64,000 nt of DNA from Saprospiraceae bacterium (lineage in GTDB: Bacteria > Bacteroidota > Bacteroidia > Chitinophagales > Saprospiraceae): positions 20,298 to 84,297 of the forward strand of contig JADJTQ010000010.1 in NCBI GenBank assembly GCA_016711125.1. Direction: 5' to 3'. The notes below the pieces were generated by a model. The model searched no databases and was not told the DNA's origin. It saw only the letters and a list, made by a program, of their open reading frames with translations. Positions 20,886 to 32,734 of the stretch are shown here, in pieces. The translations under genes and the position numbers were made by a program. How positions within the stretch are numbered: position 1 is the first letter of the stretch; each line of letters opens with the position of its first letter.

Positions 20886-22327
20886 ATGAAAAAGATATCA
20901 ATAAAATATAGTGGAAGGATCCTGGCATTGCTGGTCTTGACACAATTTGGCTGCGTCGATCTTGAAGAAGTACCGCTGGATTTTCCCGGACCAGATAATT
21001 TTTATAACTCTCCCTCCCAGATTCAATCCGCTTTTGCCTCTTCCGGAAGCCGATTATATTCGGCCTGGAGCGTCTACTCATATGGCGCCTATAACGCCTT
21101 CAGGGGAACAGACCAATTGAGTGGAGGTGATCTTGTGTTGAGTGCATCCCACGCAAACGAGTTGTGGAGTGGTCATTACCGTGCCATTGCGGATATCACC
21201 CCGGTATTCTCAGCATTGGCAAATGACCGGTTAGGGTCTTCAGCAACTCAGGAAGAAAAGCATGTGCTGCTAGCTGAAGCCAAATTCTTGCGCGCTTTTA
21301 ATTATTTCTGCCTTGTTCGCATGTATGGCCCTTTACCCATCGTCACTGAAGAGACGGATGTGACCGCTGATGAAATAAAAAGAAATCCCATTTCTGAAGT
21401 GTATAATCTTGTGATTTCTGACCTGATGTTTGCAGTCCAGCATCTACCGGATCAATGGGTGACACGCCTGGTAGGCCTACCAAGGGCACGGCCAAGGGGT
21501 TTCTCGCCAAAGCATACCTGACAATGGCCACGGCTCCAACAAATGATGCATCGAACTATGCGAAGGCACGAGATTGGGCCGCTGATGTAATGGACGATGG
21601 AATATATTCCCTTGTCCCAAATATTGAAGAGGTATTCATGCTTCAAAATGAACACGGCCCAGAGGTAATGTGGAGTTTCGAAGCCACTGAAGACGACCCT
21701 TCCACTCCGCCTCAGATTTGGCTTCCAGGTCACATGGCGGATGGGTGGACCGATCATGGAGCCAACAGGATCTGGCATGAAGCCTATCCCGATCAACCGA
21801 GAAAGTCTTCGTATTTGCTATTGGAAGATTGGGACGGAGTTCCATACACGAATTGGCCCAACGGTGGAGGCTAAAATGTGCGAAAGTTCCTGTATGATAG
21901 CAGGGGAAATCTTGAAAGACTCCTGAGTACTCCAAATATTCCGATCCTCCGGTATGCCGATATTCTCCTAATGTATGCGGAAGCCTCTAACATGGCCAAT
22001 GGCGGCCCCACACCGGAGGCGGTGGATGCAGTAAATCAAGTCATTGATCGCGCCAACGGTCATGTAGACAATCCAAATTATCCGAAGTTGACCATGTCCA
22101 TGACGGCCCAAGAATTCGACGCAGCCGTTATAAATGAGCGAAATTATGAATTGTGTTTCGAATTTGATCGCTGGCACGACCTGGTTAGGAAACGAATTCT
22201 TTGTGATGTCGTAAATCCAGATGTAAAGGTAAATTGTGATGATAATGATTACTTATTCCCAATTCCACAAGCTGATTTGCGTCTTAATCCGTTGCTCGAT
22301 CAAAACCCCGGCTATCCAATTCCTTAG
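20886..22327 (+). CDS. SusD/RagB-family nutrient-binding lipoprotein. As sequenced it has one frameshift plus one in-frame TAA.
   Basis: KFLRAFNYFCLVRMYGPLPI, LRYADILLMYAEA, ERNYELCFEFDRWHDLVR. Frameshift at G3 21457-21459. In-frame TAA at 21872-21874, since ORFs 21455..21874 and 21878..22327 share a frame. Confidence 0.85.
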
Positions 22328-22362
22328 GATTGAGGTTTTAAATTGAACAAAATAAACCCTTT

Positions 22363-22394
22363 AATAGTCACTCCTTGAGTGACTATTTTTTTTT
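22363..22394 (+). terminator. Rho-independent terminator after susD-like gene.
   Basis: aatagtcact-ccttg-agtgactatt followed by a T9 run. Confidence 0.7.
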
Positions 22395-22426
22395 CATGGT
22401 CTAAAAAATCGACGTACTTTCAGAGG

Positions 22427-25400
22427 ATGTATTTTCGATGGTCTGGTTATAGCTTGGTATTGATCTGCGCACATCTGTGGTCATGTGGGACCGAGACCCA
22501 AAACGCTGACAACACACTATTCTCGTTGATACCACCATCAGAATCAGGAATCGACTTCTCGAACACGCTGCATCAAACAGACACCTTCAATATTCTATTC
22601 TTCGAATTCTTTTACAACGGTTCTGGACTTGCTGCCGGTGACATAAACAATGATGGTTTAGTCGATTTGTTTTTTGGGAGCAATATGGAATCGAGTAAAC
22701 TATTCTTAAATAAAAGGGATCTGAAATTTGAGGATATAACAAAGGAGACTGGAATCGACACCAAGGGCAAATGGGTGACTGGGGTAAACATGATAGATGT
22801 AAATGCAGATGGCTGGCTTGACATCTACCTTTGCGTCGGTGGCAATATTGCAGATGACTATCGCAATCTACTTTACATAAGCAATGGAGACTCCAGTAAT
22901 CTACAGTTTATAGAATCCGCTCATCAGGTCAACCTCGATGATAATGGATACTCCACTCAGGCCGCATTCCTGGATTATGATCTGGACGGGGATCTTGACA
23001 TTTATTTGGTAACCTCGGCAATGAATATCCCGAATAAAAATCGAATTCGAGAACGGAAAGGGGATGGATCAATGACGAATACAGATCGTCTTTACCGAAA
23101 TGATGGATTGGATCCCACTACCAAATTGCCGATCTACACAAATGTTTCATCTGCTGCAGGAATCACCTGGAGTGGTTTTGGGCTCGGAGTCTGTGTCAGC
23201 GACATCAATCGTGATGGATGGCCGGATATTTATGTGGCTAATGATTACATTTCTAAAGATTTACTTTATATCAACAAACAGGACGGTACATTCGAAGAGG
23301 CGGTTGATTCATTCTTTAGTCACCTGAGTTACAGTGCGATGGGAGCAGATATGGCCGATATCAATAATGATGGATTAATCGATCTCATTGCTGTGGATAT
23401 GCTTCCGCCCGATCAATTTAGGAAGCGGATTATGGCTGGAAGCGGACGCTCCTACAATCGCTACCAAATGGAAAAGGCAGCGGGGTATTCGGAACAATAT
23501 ATTCGCAATACATTGCAATTAAATAACGGCAATAATACCTTTAGTGAAATCGGGCAACTGGCAGGAATCCATCAAACGGATTGGAGTTGGTCACCGCTCC
23601 TTGCTGATTTTGACAACGACGGCCTTAAAGATCTTTTTATTGGAAATGGAATACCCCATGATATAACCAATATGGATTTTGTCTCTTACCAAGCTTCCAA
23701 ATTCAGGAACTCTAACACAGCATTTGCCGAACAATATCGAGACCTCATTCGAGAGCTGGATACGAAAGGAAATGTAAAGATCCCAAATTATCTTTTTAGG
23801 AATATAGATGGGATTCAGTTTGCTGATAGCTCAGCAGCATGGGGATTTACGGAACCATCTCAATCCAATAGTTCCGTTTATGCGGATCTGGACAATGATG
23901 GCGATCTGGATCTTGCGATAAACAACACCAATCAGGAGGCGTTTCTTTATGAAAACAATCTCAATACTCTGAAGAATAGTACTCATCACTTTTTGCAAAT
24001 AAAACTAGACGGCCCTGATGTGAATAGACAAGGTATTGGAGCAAGAATTAGAATCAAAGATTCGATTCGGGAGCAAACTATCGAACACTATCCAGTGAGA
24101 GGTTTCTTGTCTTCCATCAATTGTATGATACACTTCGGCCTTGGGGAAGAGAATACGATCGATCAGCTGGAAATTTGGTGGCCAGATGGAAGATGGCAAA
24201 AAATTAATCAACTTAGTGCCAATCAGATAATCAACATCTCATATGAGGACGCGCAGGAACGTGATGGCAGTGAGCACCTGATTGAACAAAAGAAAATGCT
24301 ATTCACGAATGTGACATCCATCCTTGGACTCCACTACGAACATGCAGAACGGAACTTTAACGATTTTAGCATTCAACCATTAATTCCACATCAATACTCG
24401 CGGGAAGGCCCTGGTATTGCCGTGGCAGACATCAACAATGATGGCCTTGATGACTTTTATGTTGGAGGCTCAACAAGTTACTCTGGACAAATCTTTCTAC
24501 AAAGTAAATATGGGAAATTCACTACTCAACAGCTTCCTGGAGACCACAATTATGAAGATATGGGTTCTCTTTTTTTTTGATGTGGATGGAGATGGAGATG
24601 AGGATCTGTATGTCGTGAGTGGGGGAACCGGATTACCACCAATGAATACCTTTTATGCAGACCGGCTGTACATCAATGAAAATGGACGGTTTCGGCAGCA
24701 TCTCGGAGCACTGCCTGATATCCGGATCTGCGGATCAAAAGTTGCGGCTTGCGATTTCGACCAGGATGGAGACCTGGATCTCTTCGTGGGTGCTCGTATC
24801 GATTTAGAAAGATATCCTCTTCCCGCCAAAAGTTATCTGCTTAGAAATGAAAGTGATGAGAAGGGAGTTCATTTCGTGAACATAACCGATGAAATGGATA
24901 ATTCACTGGAGGAGTTTGGCCTTATTTCTGATGCTCTTTGGTCTGACTTTGACCAGGATGGCTGGTTTGACCTCATCCTATGTGGTGAATGGATGCCTGT
25001 CACTATCTTTAAAAACGAGGAAGGAATTTTGAAGAACATCACACCTGAAACAGGATTAGAACCGTACTCGGGTTGGTGGAATAGTGTTGCTGGTGCTGAT
25101 TTTGATCAAGATGGTGACATGGATTATGTCGTCGGTAATCTTGGGCTAAATTCTCGCTTTAAAGCCTCGTTGGAGGAACCAATGCGAGTGATTGCAAAGG
25201 ACTTTGATGCCAATGGCAAGATCGATCCGATCATAACGTATTACCTGGATCATAAAGACTACCCCATATATGATCGGGATCAATTATTTCGGCAACTACC
25301 AAATCTTCGCAAAAACTTACCACTCTATCAGGATTACGCACGAGCTCAGATCCATGAGATTCTTAATGCGAGCGATCTCTCAAATGCATATGTCCGGGAA

Positions 25401-25994
25401 AGTGCCTATATGGCATCAGCCTATCTGAAAAATGATGGCAATGGACATTTTGAGTTCACTGCCCTTCCCATTGAAGCCCAATTGGCACCAATCTTCGGAA
25501 TCTTAGCAACGGACTATAACGAGGATGGATTACCCGACATCCTTTTGTCAGGCAATTCGTATGCATCTGATGCAGAAACAGGTCGGTACGATGCCTCTTT
25601 CGGCGTCCTCTTGTTGGGGCAGGGAGATGGCACCTTCCAGCCTCTAAGCTCGGTCGAAAGTGGATATTTTGTTAAAGGAGATTCGAAAGGCACAGCACTG
25701 TTGACACTTGCAGATGGGAATAGGTTGGTCCTTACTGCCATTAATAGCGGATCATTGCAGGCACATGAGTTTAATACAGAAGCAAAGAAAGAATTCAAGT
25801 TGAAATCGGATGATGCTTCCGCAACTTTAACTTTCGAAAATGGAAGATCCGAAAGACGTGAATTTACTTATGGAAACAGCTATCTGTCGCAATCGACCCG
25901 GAGGTTGCTCATTCCAGAAAAGGTCACAAGCATTACTATCACCTCATTCCGGGGAGCCGAAAGAAAAATCAGTCTTACAGAAAATCACAAATAG
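22427..25994 (+). CDS. FG-GAP/VCBS-repeat protein with an ASPIC/UnbV domain (CRTAC1-like) lipoprotein. The frame is broken as sequenced.
   Basis: Repeated DxDxDGxxD motifs. UnbV_ASPIC-like IGARIRIK...IHFGLG...LEIWWPDG. ORFs 22379..24580 and 24417..25994 join as EDMGSLFFDVDGDGDEDL across the T9 run at 24570-24578. The start is set at ATG 22427 (lipobox LWSCG), because 22379 lies inside the terminator. Confidence 0.85.
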
Positions 25995-26505
25995 AAATAG
26001 ACCCACGGGCTTCGCAGCGTATCCTGACGATACCTTATCTTCTACGCTGATTTGCCATAAGATAGATGCGAAGGGACAGCCATTCAATCCCATTATTGCG
26101 GAGGTTCATTTACAATCTGCTTGCATCGGCACTTGGTATGACCTTCGCATGCTTCGCTTCCTCGACATTAGTCACACTAGCTTTAGACTGAACGACAATT
26201 GGTCTAATGTGATCCTCTCATATAAATGGGTTTTCAAATTGAATACGTATGCTTTGCAAGGCGTACTTAATTAAATACAGTCAAGAGCGATAACTTCGTG
26301 GTTTTTTTTAAATAATTGATTTGTCAATTTCAGGCTGCTTATATAGATAGAATCAAACGCATTATGCCAGCAATAATTTACGGAGGCTAAAAAATTTGAC
26401 ACCTAAGACTGCTTCACTTCAAGATTTTGCGCAGAGTTGTTGTTGGCAACCTTGCCAGCATCGGCCCCGCGTCAAGGGAATGGAAGTCGTAAAACTGCCT
26501 TACAT

Positions 26506-28388
26506 TCAATTAACTCTTGGCCCAAAATCCCCTTTAGCATCCCTTTTGGTCAGATATCCCTCTAACCATTGAGCACACTCCCTAAAGTCGTGGAAGAAAA
26601 ATTCCTCTTCAACCAATTTACCATAAAGATTAAATCGCTCGAAAATATCCCTCGGTTGACCGTGTACATCGGTAAAGACAACTTTAATCTCCAATGCTTG
26701 CAAATCCATAACGGCATCTTCCATTGCATAAAGACCTGACTGGTCGACAAACGGTACTTTGTCCATACGAATGATTACGACTTCGATCTCCGGAAGGGCC
26801 TTGATCATCTCCTGAAAGCGCGATGCAAATCCAAAAACAGGGGTCCGTCTAAATGCTTGATATAAACCTTATTACCGATCCGACTAATGATATCACCTTC
26901 ATCTGTCCACGGTATCTCCCGGCTAAATTCAACCAGAGGAGCAGATTTGGTTCGATGATCAATGACATCAGCAATTGTTTTCATAAATAAAATGGAAGCA
27001 AGAATAAGACCAACCACAACCGCCTCGATCAGGCCCACAAAAACGGTCAGGAACAGAACCAATAGCATAACCAGAACCTCACTTTTGGGCCATTGGTTTA
27101 TATGTCTTAGTCCTTTATAATCCATAACGCCAATACCTACTGTCACTAAAATCCCCGCCAGCACAGCCGCTGGAATTTTTGAAGCCAGGGGTCCAAGAAC
27201 CATGAGGACGACCAGCAAGAGTAAACCTGCAAACATTCCTGATAGTTTGGTTTTACCTCCGGAGTTAATATTGACAACGGTTCTAATGGTGGCTCCAGCT
27301 CCGGGTATGCCTCCAAACAAAGCAGCAATCGAATTGCCAATGCCCTGGCCTACCAATTCCTTATCGGGATTGTGTTTTGTTTTAGTCATATTATCAGCGA
27401 CCACCGAGGTGAGCAGAGAATCGATTGCGCCAAGTGCAGCAAGGGAAGCTGCGGTAAAGATGTACGGACTAATCGTGGCGTAACTAAATTCCGTAAACAT
27501 ACTGAATTGAAGGGTTGGAAATCCAGAAGGTATGAGACCTATGGTGCGGTAGTCCGGAAAGAAGAACATCGCAATCAGAGTTACCACAATTAAGGCAACC
27601 AACGTACTGGGAACCGCTTTAGTGATTCTTTTAAATCCGTAAATAATGAAAATCGTAAGCAACCCAAGTAGGAGATTGATATAATTCATATTAGAAAATG
27701 CCCGGCCAACCACTCTCAGTGATCCAAGCACTCCTGAAGCATTATTGCTTGCCAGCGCTGATGCTTCTGTATTAATTTCATCTTGGCTAATATCCGCCGC
27801 CCGGCGTACAGTTTCCTTAAAATCTTCCAGCACCAAAATCTTCTCAGCTGCTTCGTCCTGAAGAATTCTGTCTAATAAGACTTCCTCGGCCTTGGGCATA
27901 AAGTCACGGACGTACTCCTGATCCTCTTTGGCATAATAACCAAGCATCGGCAGCAATTGGGTAATAATGATGATAACGCCGATGCCCGTCATAAATCCGG
28001 AGACCACCGGATATGGCATGTACCGGATGTACTGACCAACCTTCAGGAATCCCAACGCAATTTGAATGATACCAGCTAACAAGAATACCATTAAAATGGC
28101 CGGGATTGCTCTTTCCAGGTTGCCTTCGTTAGCAGCCACAATACCTGCAATAACAACCATACTGACCGCGGTCATCGGCGCCGTGGGCCCAGATATTTGA
28201 GTATTAGTGCCTCCAAACAAAGCCGCAAAGAAGGCGATAAAAATGGCTCCGTACAATCCAGCAGCTGCCCCAAGACCTGACTGTAAACCAAATGCAAGTG
28301 CCAGGGGTAATGCTACAATACCAGCGGTGATGCCGCCAAAAAGATCTCCTCTGAAATGGTTAAAATTAAGACCTAAAACCTTTTTCAT
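26506..28388 (-). CDS. SulP-family anion transporter with a C-terminal STAS domain. The frame is broken as sequenced.
   Basis: Typical SulP N-terminus (FRGDLFGGITAGIVALPLALAF). ORFs 26805..28388 and 26506..26808 join as LDGPLFFGFASRFQEMIKALPE if the A5 run at 26833-26837 gains one base. Confidence 0.9.
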
Positions 28389-28532
28389 CTTATTATATGT
28401 TGGTTAGATCATCCATGCTAAAAATTAATAAGCCCACAGGATTCTATTCACATGCGTGAACGACAAGCCTTTTAGTTTCCTTATGAACTAATTTTCAACT
28501 GATATGACTGATCGAATAAAAATTTAAATAAT

Positions 28533-28871
28533 TCAAGAAATACTGAAAATCGAGGGCTCAGGAGGCGGGGTAGGAATCTCCACGTTGTGAATGGAAAACA
28601 TATTTTGCTTTGGAATTTCTTGATCTGATTCTTTGCTACTTAACAAAAAGTAAGAGAGTGATCTAAACTGATTTCTAATTTCCGGATCCTTGCCTGATTT
28701 TTTCCGGTCACCTTCTTTTTCACTTTCATCTGAAGAGCCCTGCAATTTGACCATCTCCTTGCTGCAAGCTTTTAATAAAGCGATGTGTGACAAACCATTG
28801 TTAATCACAAAGGAAAATAGTGTCACTAGCAGCAAGCACTGGATGGTGTTATGAACTTTCTGGCTTCGCAT
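28533..28871 (-). CDS. Hypothetical small protein with an N-terminal hydrophobic segment.
   Basis: ORF only; no motif. Confidence 0.35.
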   Translation of the reverse strand: MRSQKVHNTIQCLLLVTLFSFVINNGLSHIALLKACSKEMVKLQGSSDESEKEGDRKKSGKDPEIRNQFRSLSYFLLSSKESDQEIPKQNMFSIHNVEIPTPPPEPSIFSIS

Positions 28872-29344
28872 GAATTGGCTGAAATGTGGAACTATGAAGT
28901 CCCAAAGATAAGAATTTCAAGGAAGTTTTTCAAATAGCTTGCGATATACCTAAATCCAGGTCGGGTTTAGGAATCCGGTTGAGCTTAGGAGTCCCTAAGT
29001 TTTAGACCTCCCCCCAACCAAACCTAGTTACCATATCAGTAATCCATCCACTCGGCTTAGCAATCCCTAATTAATGTGATTGTCGAATCTTAGTATCCGA
29101 TTGATGGGATAATGTTTATCTTGGGTAAGTCTCGCAATTTTGCTGGTGCCTTAATCAACAGGTTTGAATTGATACAAAGAAGAAGTCATATCCTAAAGAG
29201 CTTGCGTTGTAACATGAAGTTGTTAATAATCATGAATACCAACGGGTAGCGCCAGCTCTATTCTTATAAAAGAATTGACTAAGAATATTTACCTTAAATA
29301 AACTTGATCCACTAGATTTATAATTTTAAAGTATTTGCCATAGC

Positions 29345-29986
29345 ATGAAAACACATCTTATTATTTTTATTTTAGTTCTAATAAGCTTTCCAATCACTGC
29401 TCAAACGAATCTCTACGAGAATCCCGATTTTGATCGCATCGCCCGCCGGCATAAAATAATAGGCATAATCCCTTTCAAAACCACTGTTACCCTTCGCCCA
29501 AAACAGATGAAGGACATCACGACAGAACAACTTGATCGAATGGAAAAATCAGAAGGTGAATCCATTCAACATGCGATGTATTCATGGTTTCTGAAAAGAG
29601 AAAAACGAGGTGAGCTGACCGTAAAAGTGCAAAACCCTACCACGACCAATGCCAAATTATTAAAAGCCGGGCTTACTGCCGACAATTTTGCAGAGCACAC
29701 CCCGGATGAAATCGCCAAAATAATGGAAGTCGATGCGGTCATCATGGGTACTTTTGAAACGGACAAACCTATGTCAGAAGGGGCATCTCTGGCTCTTGGA
29801 GCCTTATTTGGGTTCTGGGGTAATACCAATAAAGCTGTCATCAATCTATCGATACATAATGGCGCTGATGGTGAACTCCTCATCAATTATAATAAAGGCG
29901 TCTCCGGTTCACTTGGTAGTTCGACCGAAGATCTGATTAACACCCTTATGCGCAAGGCATCGAGACGTATCTCTTATTCAAAATAG
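29345..29986 (+). CDS. Hypothetical secreted protein.
   Basis: Signal peptide MKTHLIIFILVLISFPITAQ. No recognised domain. Confidence 0.55.
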   Translation: MKTHLIIFILVLISFPITAQTNLYENPDFDRIARRHKIIGIIPFKTTVTLRPKQMKDITTEQLDRMEKSEGESIQHAMYSWFLKREKRGELTVKVQNPTTTNAKLLKAGLTADNFAEHTPDEIAKIMEVDAVIMGTFETDKPMSEGASLALGALFGFWGNTNKAVINLSIHNGADGELLINYNKGVSGSLGSSTEDLINTLMRKASRRISYSK

Positions 29987-30069
29987 GTTGTGCTATTTTT
30001 TTATAGGCCTGATCGTTTTTAGTGTGTAGTAGTTCTTCAATTTTTAAATTTAAATCAAACAATGTAAGA

Positions 30070-30156
30070 CTGACCAAGCCGGGCTAGCCAGTCCTGTCGG
30101 GATTGGAAATCCCATCCTGTTTCAATCCGAAATCTGAAATCAGCAATCAGAAATCT
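30070..30156. repeat. Composite ~90-bp element: imperfect hairpin module plus an aatcNga heptad run. Copy 1.
   Basis: About 75% identical to 31259-31352. It lies directly 3' of a minus-strand gene. Confidence 0.75.
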
Positions 30157-30158
30157 CA

Positions 30159-31083
30159 TTAGGCTTGGGATCCTTTCTTTTTAATTATCTGTAAAATGTA
30201 CTTCCAGCCATTCATCACCGCTCCATACGAGTTGAATAATATCATCTTCGAAAAAATACGGTTTGTGGGTAAATTGATGTTACCTACGGGGCCCGGAAAT
30301 GGCGAATCGTCAGCATTGTCGTCCAACTGCCAACCACCAGTCAACCCAACACATTGATACGGGGCCTTGAACTTTTAGACTATCTGCAATGGATAATACA
30401 CCACCAATATTTAGTTCTTTGGTAAGCGTCAATGCGCCCTTGATCACCGTATTTCCATTTTTGTAGACTTCCAAGGCGTTGGATCGATTGTTGGCGGCTG
30501 TACCATTTCCGATTACGAAGAGGTAGTCGGTAGCGACGTAGGGAAGTGGATTATTGGAAGTTAGTGTATCATTAAATTGACCAAGAACAGTCTCCAAATA
30601 CGATCTTGTGATATTGTGCCTTCCAAAAACAGTGGATATCGACCCATGTGCTATATTATTTGTACCCCATGCAGTAGTATAACCGTTATCGGTAAAATTT
30701 GAATTTCCCCATATTTGAGAGTGCTCTCCCCCAGACCCGTCAAATATCCTATTTCCGCTCCCAAAGGCGATGGAACTATAACCAGCAATTCGATTATCGT
30801 CTCCAAAAGCAGCTGAGAATATCCCTCCAGCTATGTTATTATGTCCAAAGGCTGCAGAGTAATTTCCAATGCTATCTTTATCCCACTCTGTACTATTGAC
30901 ACCGCCCGCCCTAAAAGCAGCTTTATCGGGATACCACATCATGCGATTGCCTTTGCCCGAAGCTGGAGGATTTGCGGGCATCGGCAATGAAGCAGGTCCT
31001 TCAAACAGGACACTTTGACCGAATGATAAAGTTGTAAAGCAAAGACAAAATGCTATCGTCATAATTTTGAATTGATTTTCCAT
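30159..31083 (-). CDS. Secreted protein with YadA-head/Hep_Hag-like short repeats. There is a possible frame break near 30361-30364.
   Basis: Signal peptide. Repeats: AFGHNNIAGG.. AFGDDNRIAG.. AFGSGNRI.. WGNSNF.. WGTNNIAHG. ORF 30310..31083 may continue into ORF 30159..30344 (...GPVYQCVGLTGGWQLDDN). Confidence 0.55.
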
Positions 31084-31258
31084 TTTTGTACGGTTGTTTC
31101 TAGTTTTCGGAATTTACTTATTTATATGAATCCCTGTAATTTACGTCAATTTTGGAGGATGCAACGGGCACAAGGCCTGAAGAGGTGTCACCAATATCTC
31201 CCAGCTTTAAAGCTGTACAGAGGTGCGACAACTCCCTTAACGATTTTCCGTTTTAATC

Positions 31259-31352
31259 TAACCAAGCCGGGCTTGCCAATCCCTGCGGGCTTGGGAATTC
31301 CTTATCGGTCCTCGAATCCAAATCAACAATCAGAAATCAGAAATCAACAATC
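31259..31352. repeat. Composite ~90-bp element: hairpin module plus an aatcaRa heptad run. Copy 2.
   Basis: ccaagcc...ggcttgg stem, then aatccaa atcaaca atcagaa atcagaa atcaaca. It lies directly 3' of gene 31351..32153. Confidence 0.75.
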
Positions 31353-32153
31353 ACTTCGGCGCCACCGGCTCTCCATAAATAAAATCATCCATCACCGATA
31401 CATCAACACTACCTCCGTCATCAGGTCCGAGGGTGGCATTGCCGTAGGTGATCCGCACATGATGCACGATGGCTTCTTTAAATAAAACTCCTAAAAAAAC
31501 ATAGCCATCATTCATGGTTGCGGTTTTGTAAGAGCCCAATGATTTTTCATTAATATCAAAATATTCAAAGGCGGTATTTTCTACCTTGTCCACATCGATA
31601 TAGACGGCACCAAAACCTTCGACCACGGCCTTGTTGGTAGAGCCCGGGATATAGAAACGTAAATCCACAATATTACTGCCCGTTGGCGAAAAAACCTTCT
31701 CTCCACTAAATGGAGGAAATATCCGGGTATACTGTGGATTGATTTGTCCGAAAGACATTGGGGTGTTCGTTGGATTTGTCTTTGAAGCACTCACCTGAAT
31801 TTCACCACCTGGCGAGCTAAATACTGCGCCCCTTGCTCTTGTACCTGTATTTGTATTAAAAAAATCCAGCGGATAACCATTGGGCGAAGAAAATTGATCC
31901 GGCACACCATCCCAATTAATTTCCCTTCGACCATATGCTTGCGAGCCAGCTGTGCCTCCATTGTTAGTCCCCAACAGTGACCGGTACTCGTCAATACCGG
32001 ATTGGATATTGCCGGCAACAGAAATTATTTTTCTACCGGATCATCTACCGGGTCATTGGAAGAGTCCTCTTTGGAGCAACTAACTAAAATAGCAATTAGT
32101 GAAGCACAAATGATTGCCCAACTGCTGGTCTTTTTTATGAAATTCAGTTTCAT
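31351..32153 (-). CDS. Hypothetical lipoprotein. The frame is broken as sequenced.
   Basis: ATG 32153 gives MKLNFIKKTSSWAIICASLIAILVSCSKE...DPVEK. It joins IISVAGNIQSGIDEYRSLLGTNNGG (ORF 31351..31974) if the T5 run at 32028-32032 gains one base. Confidence 0.6.
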
Positions 32154-32734
32154 CTTAATTATTTTTAATATTTTAATAAATGGTGATCAATGAATTATTA
32201 TTCTGATTTTGGACTTAAGTAGATCGTCAATCTGAACATTGATTATTTCTCTGTCAAAATTATGAGTCATAATCCATCTCCACAATCACATGTAAGGGTG
32301 ATTTTTCATGCAGGATTGAGATAGGTATCTTACTGTCACGGAGTCGCTGCAAGCCATTTTAAATTTTCTTCAGTTGATGAATCACCCACCGAAGCCAAAA
32401 GAACCCAACCATTAAGAACTGAGATCTTCAAAAAACAGTACTTTACTGACTGTAATTTTGCTACCGGACAGCTATGGCTCTGGAAATAGGAAAATCGGTT
32501 TCTTCTGCTTGACGTTTTGTTTGTCAATTTTCGCACGTTAATGAACGCACTTTGATCGTCTGTGCAATTGTGCTTGTCGATGGAATGGAGCAAGTGCCGC
32601 AGCTACAGCACAGGATTGGACGGGAGTACGTATATTCCCACACCGCGAATCAGTTAATATGAAAAACTAAGATTTCCCTGCGATACAAATCGAATAACGA
32701 CACAAAACCTTTTATCTGAGAAAAATCAATTAAA

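Noticed and set aside
25840-26274. A 144-aa ORF downstream of the ASPIC/UnbV gene.
   Set aside because: It overlaps the 3' end of the real gene out of frame and then runs through repeat-like intergenic DNA. It has no recognisable motif.
31072-31485. A 137-aa plus-strand ORF. Similar antisense or intergenic ORFs include 2742..3005, 43174..43374, 60849..61142, 32336..32593 and 45404..45649.
   Set aside because: They overlap better-supported genes on the opposite strand, or they lie in heptad, MITE or repeat DNA. Composition and context do not support coding.
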